64,000 nucleotides of DNA, taken from positions 15,915 through 79,914 of the forward strand of contig JBHLLO010000006.1 in NCBI GenBank assembly GCA_048885535.1. Reading direction: 5' to 3'. The notes below the pieces were generated by a model. The model saw nothing but the letters and a program-made list of their open reading frames with translations. It made no database searches and was not told the DNA's origin. This document shows, in pieces, positions 28,731 through 37,563 of this stretch (positions are counted from its first letter, which is position 1; each line of letters begins with the position of its first letter). The DNA is from Candidatus Hermodarchaeota archaeon. Its GTDB lineage: Archaea > Asgardarchaeota > Lokiarchaeia > Sigyniarchaeales > SOKP01. The position numbers were made by a program, and so were the translations under genes.

Positions 28731-30002
28731 TTAATGATATGATTCCAATGCCTCTCTAACTTCTTTTGCGGCAATGTGAGGTAGCTTTCTTGCAACTCTC
28801 ATATCATCTGCCATCTCTGCGCCACCAATGATTTCATGAGGTATTATATCACCAAACAAGTGAAAATTATCATCATATCCATATGGACAACAGTTAAATA
28901 AGATATTTCGATTTTTATCAATCTTGATATCATCTAAAGCTTGAAAAAGCATTTTTATTATTTTCGCTAAATCATTTATTTGATTAATTTTCAATTGCGA
29001 AAATCTTCTTAAATGTTCATTTGGGTGAAATCTAATATGGTAGTTTCTAACTGGACTTCCAGTAGTATAAAAAGTCCAAAAATTAGTTTTTATTATAATA
29101 CGATCAGTATCTCCATGAGTAGTTTCGCAGAGATGGCAATCGTCTCCCATCTCTTTGAACGCTCGTAAAAAGCCTTCTAATCTAGAACCATGACCATCTC
29201 CATTTAGATCAATATAAGTCTGACTATGGATACGTGGTTGAGACCCTCCAACCTTAGTTCCAATATTAAAAAAAGGATTAACTGGAATATCATAATAATT
29301 TCTCTCAATTGCTTCTAAAATACAGTTTATTATCGCCTCTTTCATAGAGATAAATATAGCTGATAAAACTTCTTCAGGAATAATTTTAAAATTGAGCGAT
29401 GGATAGAAATCTTTTGAAATAGTAATCAAATTTATACCCTCTGCCAATTTTAGATGAGCTGGTAATTGTTTCAGTATAGAACTCTTAACCTCAGGGTCAA
29501 TTACTCGTGCCATTGAAGGATATCTATTGATTAAAGTCATAGCTTTACAACTTTTTGAAATTTTAACTAATCTATGGGGCTCATCGCTAAAAGGATTGTC
29601 CTTTTTTTTTTCACCCTCAGTTATTATGATAGTATAACCATCACCAAGGAGTTTACCATCACTTCGATGAATAGCTTTTCCCTCTGTAATAGCCATAAAC
29701 ACATCCTTTACCTCATCTAATTCAAAGTCTACTATATCTTTCGACTCACTTTTTTTTTCTTTAGTTTTATAACCTTTAGGTCTTTTCCCACGTATAGGAG
29801 ATATATAAGAATAATGACCTGAGAACCTTTTTTGCTTTTTATGAAGTCCATAATTATTTGAACTTAACACAACTGTAGATAAGGGATCCCATCTTTTAAT
29901 CGGAACTTCATAAATATCTTCAAAATTTTCTTTACTTATTATGCCCCATTCCATGAAGGCAGGGGATAATTTATCATTATTTTGATTCACAATTCTCACC
30001 AT
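28731..30002 (-). CDS. GalT-like (HIT superfamily) nucleotidyltransferase/phosphorylase
   Basis: RWDPLS, NRYP, FFNIGTKVGGSQPRIHSQ (variant of GASxxHPHxQ), CHLC, FHLFGDIIP, GGAEM. Confidence 0.75.
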   Translation of the reverse strand: MVRIVNQNNDKLSPAFMEWGIISKENFEDIYEVPIKRWDPLSTVVLSSNNYGLHKKQKRFSGHYSYISPIRGKRPKGYKTKEKKSESKDIVDFELDEVKDVFMAITEGKAIHRSDGKLLGDGYTIIITEGEKKKDNPFSDEPHRLVKISKSCKAMTLINRYPSMARVIDPEVKSSILKQLPAHLKLAEGINLITISKDFYPSLNFKIIPEEVLSAIFISMKEAIINCILEAIERNYYDIPVNPFFNIGTKVGGSQPRIHSQTYIDLNGDGHGSRLEGFLRAFKEMGDDCHLCETTHGDTDRIIIKTNFWTFYTTGSPVRNYHIRFHPNEHLRRFSQLKINQINDLAKIIKMLFQALDDIKIDKNRNILFNCCPYGYDDNFHLFGDIIPHEIIGGAEMADDMRVARKLPHIAAKEVREALESYH

Positions 30003-30268
30003 GTCAGGCTTATTTGTAACTAATTATTTACATTTTATTCAATTTATTTAATTACTCATTCTTTTTAGTTAAATATGTATTTATATAAATGTTTAGATTT
30101 TTATCAAAATATTAAAAATTTTTAATTTTTACCATTCTGACACTTATGTATAAAAACATAGGAAGAATTAGTTTTTTACATAACAAATAAAATAAAAAAA
30201 AGAGAAAAAGGTAAAAAAACTTTTTAAACAACCAATTTAACTACTACTTATACTATATAAAAGATTTT

Positions 30269-30559
30269 CTAGTATTCCAACCTCTTTACAATTTTATACG
30301 TTTTAAATTCTCGAACTGGTTCAGAATTTTCATCCAATTTTTCGAAGGGCACTCGTACGAAATGCTCATCATCAAAATCTTCTATATTAGTATTATTAAA
30401 TTGCACCATATTTTTGGCGGCTTTAAGTTCTTTTAAAAGGAAGTCTCGAACTGCACATCTTATTAGTTCAGATCGAGATGGGTAAAGACCATTCTCTCCA
30501 ATTAATTTGTTGATTGCATCAATATAACTTTCGGGTACATTAACTGTGACGATCTTCAT
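30269..30559 (-). CDS. Ribbon-helix-helix (CopG/MetJ-type) transcriptional regulator
   Basis: MKIVTVNVPESYIDAINKLI..GLYPSRSELIRCAVRDFL. Confidence 0.9.
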   Translation of the reverse strand: MKIVTVNVPESYIDAINKLIGENGLYPSRSELIRCAVRDFLLKELKAAKNMVQFNNTNIEDFDDEHFVRVPFEKLDENSEPVREFKTYKIVKRLEY

Positions 30560-31054
30560 ATAATAATCGCCTTAACCTCTAATTTTTGTTGAATTTTCTT
30601 TATATTATTAATTATTTCAATATGATATATAAACCTTTTTTTTTAACCTATTAATATATTTTTAAAATTCAAATATTTCTTATTTGTAAATATTGCAGAG
30701 ATCATTAAAGATATAGTATTAAAGTTAAGAATGCTTAAAAGATTAGCTTTTAAACGACTACTTATTCAGCCAAATGAAAATATTTTTGAAAAATTTATAT
30801 AGCACATTGAAAAAGTTACAATTTTTTTCAAAAAAAAGCAAAGAACCAAAATTCAATTTTTAAAAGTTAAAAAAATTTTTTTTTTCCTATTTTTTCCTAA
30901 GAGAAACTGGAAATCACCTATTTATGTAATTATTATTCGATAATTGATAAGCTGTCAACCTTTTTGCCTATTTTTAACTTCTAAATATTTAAAATTTATT
31001 TTTTAAAGAAATTTCTTAATTAATTCCTAAATATATTTTTTTAATCTAAAATAT

Positions 31055-32107
31055 TCAATATTCATTGATTAAACTGACGGTATTTTTTAGATCTTGCTTT
31101 CCCCGTGCAAATTTTCTAATGTTTTCAATTATCTCATCCCATCTTAATAAATCTTTGAATGGGGAATATCCACGATGAGGAGATAATACAATATTATCAA
31201 GTTCGTGAAAAGGAAAATTAAATGGATATTTCTTTCCTTCCTTATCCGATTGAGGTTCATAATTATACCAGACATCTATTGCTGCTCCCAAGATTTTTCG
31301 GTTTCTTAAAGCAAAATATAAATCTTCTTCATTAATTATTTCGCCCCGAGATACATTAACTAGTAAACCGGTCGATCCCAATAATTCTAACTCTCGTTCT
31401 TTTATCATTTCTTTAGTGAGAGAGGTAACAGGCAAAGCAATTATAAGTATGTCTATTATTTCTAAGAATTCATGAAGTTGATTTGATTCGTATTTTACCA
31501 CTTCAGTTGGAAGAGTTGTACTTTGCTTATTCCAATCTCTTCTAAGAATATGAAACTCATTATTAAAGCCTGAAAGCATTTTATGTATTTTTTGATTAAT
31601 AGCACCATAACCTAAGAGACCTATCTTCCTAAATCTGAGTGGAATTGAAGCTGCCTCTTTATCACCTGTTCTCCATATCCCTTGATTCATCCAATTATGA
31701 TGTAGAATAATTTTATTCATAAGAGCTAATAATAAAGCTATTGTATGTTGAGCTACAAAATAAGAATTCCCATGTCCGTTTATCAAAATTACATTTCTTT
31801 CTTTATTAATTTCTTTAAAATCATTGATTAGGTGGTGAATACCAGCACCTGGGTTAATAAATACTTTCAATTTTTTTGCATGAGACAAAATATTTTTAGA
31901 TGGTCTCCAACCGATCAAAATATCTGCTTCTGAAACAGATTCAATTAAATTTTCTTCAGAATAATCTTTTGGAAATGTAATTCTTACATTTGAGACCTGT
32001 TTTAATTGATTTAAGAAATAGTTCTTTACTTGCTCTGGGATATCGGAAATAAAACATATTTCAACCTCTTTGTTAAAATTAGATTTAATATTTTCTTTTT
32101 CTCTCAT
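31055..32107 (-). CDS. D-isomer-specific 2-hydroxyacid dehydrogenase
   Basis: GLLGYGAI, LVNVSRG, AAIDVW, LSPHRG. Confidence 0.9.
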   Translation of the reverse strand: MREKENIKSNFNKEVEICFISDIPEQVKNYFLNQLKQVSNVRITFPKDYSEENLIESVSEADILIGWRPSKNILSHAKKLKVFINPGAGIHHLINDFKEINKERNVILINGHGNSYFVAQHTIALLLALMNKIILHHNWMNQGIWRTGDKEAASIPLRFRKIGLLGYGAINQKIHKMLSGFNNEFHILRRDWNKQSTTLPTEVVKYESNQLHEFLEIIDILIIALPVTSLTKEMIKERELELLGSTGLLVNVSRGEIINEEDLYFALRNRKILGAAIDVWYNYEPQSDKEGKKYPFNFPFHELDNIVLSPHRGYSPFKDLLRWDEIIENIRKFARGKQDLKNTVSLINEY

Positions 32108-32223
32108 GGTTATTTACAATTTATTTTTCTTAGCAATAGAAATTTCTCTTCAATAAATTTTTATATATTTATCATTGCTATATTTATAATTAGAAAGTAT
32201 ACAAAACAATAAAGGTTTAAATT

Positions 32224-33612
32224 TTGTCAGAAGAAAAATTATTTGAAATCTTTATCAATAGTCTAAATTTCGATGTTAATGATTATTTAGTTGAGGAACT
32301 TAGTGATCTCCAGAATAAAATAATCGAGAACGCAACATTTATCTTCAAAGAGAATATTTTAGGAGATCCCAAAACATTTGGTGGCTCAATTAAACAAAAT
32401 GAAGATAAATATAATGAATTTATGAAAAAAGCTGAATTAGAACTGGAAAACGTAAAATATAAAGAAATTAAGAAAATCCTAAAAGATTATCTGAAGAAAT
32501 TAAAGGAATTAATCCTTAAAACTTGTGTTGCTATTATCCCCGTTAAAGAATTACCATGGGTTAATGTAATTTTTCGAACTATACCTAGAATCATTTATGA
32601 GGATAATAATTTAAAATTTTTGGAAAATTCCATTGCTTATTATGGTGAAGTCAAATGCTTTCTCGAAAGGACTACCGTTTATGGTAAAATTAAAGATCAA
32701 AAGCCGTTATTTGCCCCCTTTACTGGTAATCTGGATTTAAAGGGATACAAAGTAAGCGATACAGGAAAAGAGCAAAAATCGCAAAATTTTTCCTTTGTAA
32801 ATGCTATTATTAATTCTATGGAATCTACCGTAGTTATAAGCCAATTATCTAAATATCATGAGAATTATCAGAGACATGGAGACCCAATTTGCGATTATTT
32901 TATGGATAATGATGAATTACTGGAATCAATGGAAAAAGTTAATTCTGGCTTAGAAGCTGGCAGAACTAAATTAGATATTGCAATTTGTGGTTTAGCATTC
33001 CCAATTCCATCTGATAACACGACGTTAATGTTAGTTACTGAGGAAGGCGAAGATCAAGGTAAATATGCAAGATGTTTTGAAGCGCTCTTGAAACTCTCTG
33101 CTGCTAGTTGTCAAGCACCTTCAATAAAAAAAGAAATGCTCGCTGAGCAATCCAATGGTGTCGGCTCACCAGGAAGTCCTGAATTAAAAACATGGACTCA
33201 GGAAGAATTAGTACAAGAGGCTCAAAAAAGGATGACTGCCCAACCTGACATTCCTTCTTGGACAGAAGAGGAACTAGAAAAATTTAGTTCTGAAAGAAGT
33301 TCGGGAATTCCAGAGGATATGGAAGTTTGGACAGAAGAAGAATTACAAGACTTAGCTGAAAAAAGGCGTGGAGGAGGATTAAATATCCCAGAATGGACCC
33401 CAGATGAAGAATTAGCAGAATGTTCTTGTGGGTACAGTCTTAGACCTGGTTGGAGTAAATGTCCAATTTGTGGGACGCCTGTTGGAGAGCCTTCGTCATT
33501 AGACGAACACAAAGAGGAATCAACTAAGGAATCTGAGTTAGAACCTAGTGACGAAAAATCTGAAACAAATAGTGATATAGAAGAAGAACATACAAAAAAT
33601 GACGAAGATTGA
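32224..33612 (+). CDS. Hypothetical protein with WTxEEL repeats, zinc ribbon and acidic tail
   Basis: Long ORF; four WT-x-(E/D)E motifs, then CSC...CPIC and a D/E-rich C-terminus. Confidence 0.75.
   Translation: MSEEKLFEIFINSLNFDVNDYLVEELSDLQNKIIENATFIFKENILGDPKTFGGSIKQNEDKYNEFMKKAELELENVKYKEIKKILKDYLKKLKELILKTCVAIIPVKELPWVNVIFRTIPRIIYEDNNLKFLENSIAYYGEVKCFLERTTVYGKIKDQKPLFAPFTGNLDLKGYKVSDTGKEQKSQNFSFVNAIINSMESTVVISQLSKYHENYQRHGDPICDYFMDNDELLESMEKVNSGLEAGRTKLDIAICGLAFPIPSDNTTLMLVTEEGEDQGKYARCFEALLKLSAASCQAPSIKKEMLAEQSNGVGSPGSPELKTWTQEELVQEAQKRMTAQPDIPSWTEEELEKFSSERSSGIPEDMEVWTEEELQDLAEKRRGGGLNIPEWTPDEELAECSCGYSLRPGWSKCPICGTPVGEPSSLDEHKEESTKESELEPSDEKSETNSDIEEEHTKNDED
33181..33420 (+). repeat. 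Degenerate coding tandem repeat: four WT-x-(E/D)E motifs about 22-24 aa apart
   Basis: KTWTQEELVQEAQKR / PSWTEEELEKFSSER / EVWTEEELQDLAEKR / PEWTPDEELAE; tggac(t/a/c) recurs at the DNA level. Confidence 0.7.
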
Positions 33613-33783
33613 AGTATTTAATACATACTTTGAGAAATTAATATCAATTTCCTATATACATTCAATTTAATTTATCAAAAAAATCAAAAAGTATAAAACC
33701 AGCGAAATTGACTTAGATTCCAAACTTTTTTTAATAATTTTTTATTTACAACTTTAAGGAAATAAATCTTTAAGGAAAATTTA

Positions 33784-34797
33784 TTGTTATCCACTATTTT
33801 TTTATTGAAGAGTAAAAACTTTAACGATCTTGACCAGTTAGATATTTATAGTTATCCAGAAGATATTACTAAAAAATATGGAAGAGATTTTATCAAGAAT
33901 ATAATTCTTGGACATGATCAAGGTAATAAACTCGTTGAGCCTCAAGCTCCTGAGATTAATAACATAAAACCAGATAATTATATTATAAGTATACCCATCC
34001 CTCAAAAATTTGGAGAACAACATATATACACTATGTGTATTAATTCAAAGATCATTATCGGTCTTATTTTTGACAACGAGGATAACCCTTATGATTATAA
34101 GGAAATTTTCGAAGATTTATCTCATGAATTACTAAATAATGAGCATTGTTGTTCTTTTGAAGATGATTTGGAAATAGAAAACTTTCTAATAACATTATTT
34201 ATCGATTTACGTAGATATGGGGATGAAATTTTAGAAAAATATCCTGAAACAATCTTTCAGCCAATAATCAGTTTTACTAAAGTTTTCTTATCTGGAATAG
34301 ACGAAGTAGGGAAAAGTTCATTAATAAGAAGGTTAAAAACAGGGCAATTCGATGATAATTTTTTCACACCAACCCGAAAGTTCGACATTGAATATATCCA
34401 AAAAGAAAAAGGAGTTCTTGCTTTCTGGGATATTCCGGGTCAAATATCTTTCCGTGAGAAATGGTTAAAGGGTATCCAGGATTCCAATATATTAGTTTAT
34501 ATGATTGATATTGCTAATCAATTACGATTTGAAGAATCAAAAAAAGAATTTTGGAAAGTTATAAATGAAGAAACTACAGCAGAAATACCTATCTTAATCC
34601 TCGGAAATAAAATAGATTTAATCAAAGATTCCACAGAAAATAATCAAGATCAGTTATTCAGAGTGAAAAATGAAATTATCAATTATTTTGAGTTTAATCA
34701 AATAAAAGGCAGAGATTGGGAGTTCATACTTACATCTGTTAAAACTACTTATAATATTGAAAGTGTATTACCAATAATTTATAATCTAATTTCCTGA
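33784..34797 (+). CDS. Arf/Sar-like small GTPase with an N-terminal alpha/beta domain of about 160 aa (longin/uDENN-like?)
   Basis: G1 GIDEVGKS, G2 PT, G3 WDIPGQ, G4 NKID, G5 TSV. Confidence 0.85.
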   Translation: MLSTIFLLKSKNFNDLDQLDIYSYPEDITKKYGRDFIKNIILGHDQGNKLVEPQAPEINNIKPDNYIISIPIPQKFGEQHIYTMCINSKIIIGLIFDNEDNPYDYKEIFEDLSHELLNNEHCCSFEDDLEIENFLITLFIDLRRYGDEILEKYPETIFQPIISFTKVFLSGIDEVGKSSLIRRLKTGQFDDNFFTPTRKFDIEYIQKEKGVLAFWDIPGQISFREKWLKGIQDSNILVYMIDIANQLRFEESKKEFWKVINEETTAEIPILILGNKIDLIKDSTENNQDQLFRVKNEIINYFEFNQIKGRDWEFILTSVKTTYNIESVLPIIYNLIS

Positions 34798-34901
34798 ACT
34801 TAATCATTAAATTTATAAATCTAGACATTTAACTTTCTAATATATTAAATATAATCTTAATATCAAATTATTTACTTCTATAAAGATTCTTGTGATTAAC
34901 C

Positions 34902-35498
34902 ATGTTTAAACGTTTGAAAAAAGATTTGCAGATAAATATCGAAGAGAAAGATGGACATCTATTCTTGGGAGAAGCTAAAAAAGACATTCGCCTTGTTATG
35001 CTACGTCCTAATGAAATTCTTGAGTTTGCTGAATTTGCTGGTACAAATGCAGATGATATAATTATATGGGTTGGGAAATCTCTAGGAAAAATTCTAATGG
35101 AAAAATACTTTTATAAAAAGGACTGGAACACTGAAACGATTGCTGTGAAAAAAGAGGTTGTATTAGGTGTTTTAGAATCATTAATTCTTATGGGTTATGG
35201 CGCTCTAACAGGTACTTTTAAGAAAGACCATATTATTATTAATGTTTATGAATCATTGGCAGCTGCGGAACAAGAAAATATAATGGCAAAAAACCTATGT
35301 CTTCTATATTTGGGGATATTTAATGGCATATTTGAGGTTTTAACTATTGACGTTGATGGGAAAGAGATTGAGTGTATTCTCACAGGTGGAGAAAAATGTT
35401 CATATAAATTTGATTTGATTGGGGAAGAACTACCGAATAACTTAATAGATGAAGAAATGTCAGAACAGGCAGTTTCTGATTTTTTAGCCTCCCTATAA
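34902..35498 (+). CDS. V4R-domain protein (Bet3/TRAPP-related fold)
   Basis: G-x-x-x-G helix, MGYG, LCLLYLGIFNG...EIECILTGGEKCSY (V4R Cys pattern). Confidence 0.85.
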   Translation: MFKRLKKDLQINIEEKDGHLFLGEAKKDIRLVMLRPNEILEFAEFAGTNADDIIIWVGKSLGKILMEKYFYKKDWNTETIAVKKEVVLGVLESLILMGYGALTGTFKKDHIIINVYESLAAAEQENIMAKNLCLLYLGIFNGIFEVLTIDVDGKEIECILTGGEKCSYKFDLIGEELPNNLIDEEMSEQAVSDFLASL

Positions 35499-35576
35499 AT
35501 CATGTGATCTAATTATTACTAATAGAAAATTTATAAAGCTTTATTTGTATTAGAATTTAGGTAAGGCTAAAATTAT

Positions 35577-36116
35577 TTGAAAATTATGATTTTAAAAGCA
35601 TATAAGACAATCATAGCTGGGAATGCTGGAGTAGGCAAGACAACCTTATTACATCAATATATCAGAGGAGAATTTAGACCAGATATTCAAACTACTATTG
35701 GGAGTAACTTTTTTGTAAAATATGTAAAAATACCTCAAGTAAAAGGGTTTATCACTCTCCAAATCTGGGATTTAGCTGGTCAAGAGCGTTTTAAATGGGT
35801 ACGACAAGCTTTCTATAAAGGAGCTAAGGGGATAGTATATATGTTTGACTTAACACGACGTGATACATTTGAAAACTTACAATTTTGGAAAGAGGAAATT
35901 GAGAGTATAATTGGAGCCAAACCCAATATATTAGTCGGAAATAAACTTGATTTGATAAGTTCTGAAATGAGATGTGCGAGCCCAAAAGAAATGAATTACC
36001 TTAAAGCTAATCTCGAATCTTCAGCCTATTATGAAACAAGTGCTAAATTTGGTCAGGGAATAGATGAGATATTTGAAAAGCTTGCTGTAGATATGTATAA
36101 ATCACTTATTTCTTAG
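35577..36116 (+). CDS. Rab-like small GTPase
   Basis: GNAGVGKT, TIGSNF, LQIWDLAGQERF, FYKGAKG, GNKLD, ETSAK; no C-terminal Cys. Confidence 0.92.
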   Translation: MKIMILKAYKTIIAGNAGVGKTTLLHQYIRGEFRPDIQTTIGSNFFVKYVKIPQVKGFITLQIWDLAGQERFKWVRQAFYKGAKGIVYMFDLTRRDTFENLQFWKEEIESIIGAKPNILVGNKLDLISSEMRCASPKEMNYLKANLESSAYYETSAKFGQGIDEIFEKLAVDMYKSLIS

Positions 36117-36197
36117 ATGATAGATTCTAGTTCTAGACCTTTTTATCTTAATAAATATTGTATACTTAACAAGACTTAATTAAATAATGGCTCAAAA

Positions 36198-37307
36198 ATG
36201 AAGCGACTTAAAAGTATTGATATTTTTCGTGGTATTTGCATGTTTATTATGGTTTATGGCCATATGTTTGATTGGTGGTTAAGAATTGAAGACTACTGGT
36301 TTTTCGACGACGTTCTAAAGCCATTATTAGGGCCCATTGGAGCCGTAGGATTTGTGTTTATATCCGGGATAAGTACTGGATTGTCTTATAAAAAAAATTC
36401 TTTAAAAGCTAAAAACTCAGATTTTTCTATGAGAAACTTAAGAGATATATATATAGTTAGAGCTTTATTACTTTTATTAATCGCGTTAATCTATAATCTT
36501 ACTGTAGCTATCAGATTAAATGATCTTACATTTATTTGGGCGTGGTTAATCTTGCAGACCATTTCTATATCTCTTTTGATTTCATATCCATTATTGAAAT
36601 TTTCAAAGATTACTAGGTTAATTATCAGTTTAACCTTTCTTGTTGGTAATCAATTTTTCCTATGGTGGTTACTTCCGTTTAAGGGGCAACTCAATTTTTT
36701 TGGGATATTATTTCATATCTTATATAATCCTGTTGAACATTATGTTATTGTGCCGTTTTTCAGTATCTTTCTTATCGGCACTGTTATTGGAGATCTAATT
36801 TTAGACATTAATCTTATTAACTCACAAATTGAACGAAGAGAGATCTTTAAAAATAAATTAATTTTTTATATGCTCCTGTTTGGAACTACTTCTACTCTTA
36901 TTGGAGTTCTATATTTTTATCCTAATTTCTTTATTTATGGCACCTATTCATCGGTAATCTATTCTTTTGGCATTGTTACTTGTTTATTTGCTGGTTTGAT
37001 AACTCTTGAAGAATATGAAATTCTTAAGACTAAAAAGAATTATAGATATCTTTATTATTATTCTTATTATTCCTTCTCAGTATATATTATACATAATTTA
37101 TTGTATTTTCTTTTTGTAGGACAGTTAACTATAATAACTATTTGGATTCCAATATTATTGATTATTCCTCTTCTGGGTTTATTGCTTAAGATGATTTATA
37201 AGTATTTAGGTATGAAAGCCTCTTTAAAGGCGCTTATGAGTGTTGCTAGTTATTTAATTGTAACAAAGATTACAGCAAAAAAAGCTTCTAAGAAGAAACT
37301 ATTATGA
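36198..37307 (+). CDS. DUF1624/HGSNAT-like membrane acyltransferase family protein
   Basis: KRLKSIDIFRGICMFIMVYGH, FVFISGIS and ILQTIS; multiple TM helices. Confidence 0.8.
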   Translation: MKRLKSIDIFRGICMFIMVYGHMFDWWLRIEDYWFFDDVLKPLLGPIGAVGFVFISGISTGLSYKKNSLKAKNSDFSMRNLRDIYIVRALLLLLIALIYNLTVAIRLNDLTFIWAWLILQTISISLLISYPLLKFSKITRLIISLTFLVGNQFFLWWLLPFKGQLNFFGILFHILYNPVEHYVIVPFFSIFLIGTVIGDLILDINLINSQIERREIFKNKLIFYMLLFGTTSTLIGVLYFYPNFFIYGTYSSVIYSFGIVTCLFAGLITLEEYEILKTKKNYRYLYYYSYYSFSVYIIHNLLYFLFVGQLTIITIWIPILLIIPLLGLLLKMIYKYLGMKASLKALMSVASYLIVTKITAKKASKKKLL

Positions 37308-37563
37308 ATATTGTATTACTTACTCTAAGGATTTTTATTTATTATAAATGAATAAGAAGTGTGTCCATCAAATTACATTTTGAAATGAAATTTCACACTA
37401 ACTTAATATAAATATACTTAACGATTAAGTTTTAACCTATAATCATTAATCTTTATAACTTGAAATCTATCTACTCCATAGAATGTCAATTTTAAAATAA
37501 TATTAAATATTGATCAAACCATAATTAAAAAAAATTATTAAAAAAACCGAAGTAAGGATTAAA

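Noticed and set aside
22780-37395. TGAAATTTCA palindromes at 22781-22790 and 37386-37395, and TTCTGA-N3-TCAGAA at 22893-22907
   Set aside because: Short, AT-only-biased palindromes expected by chance in this composition; the flanking genes share no obvious regulon
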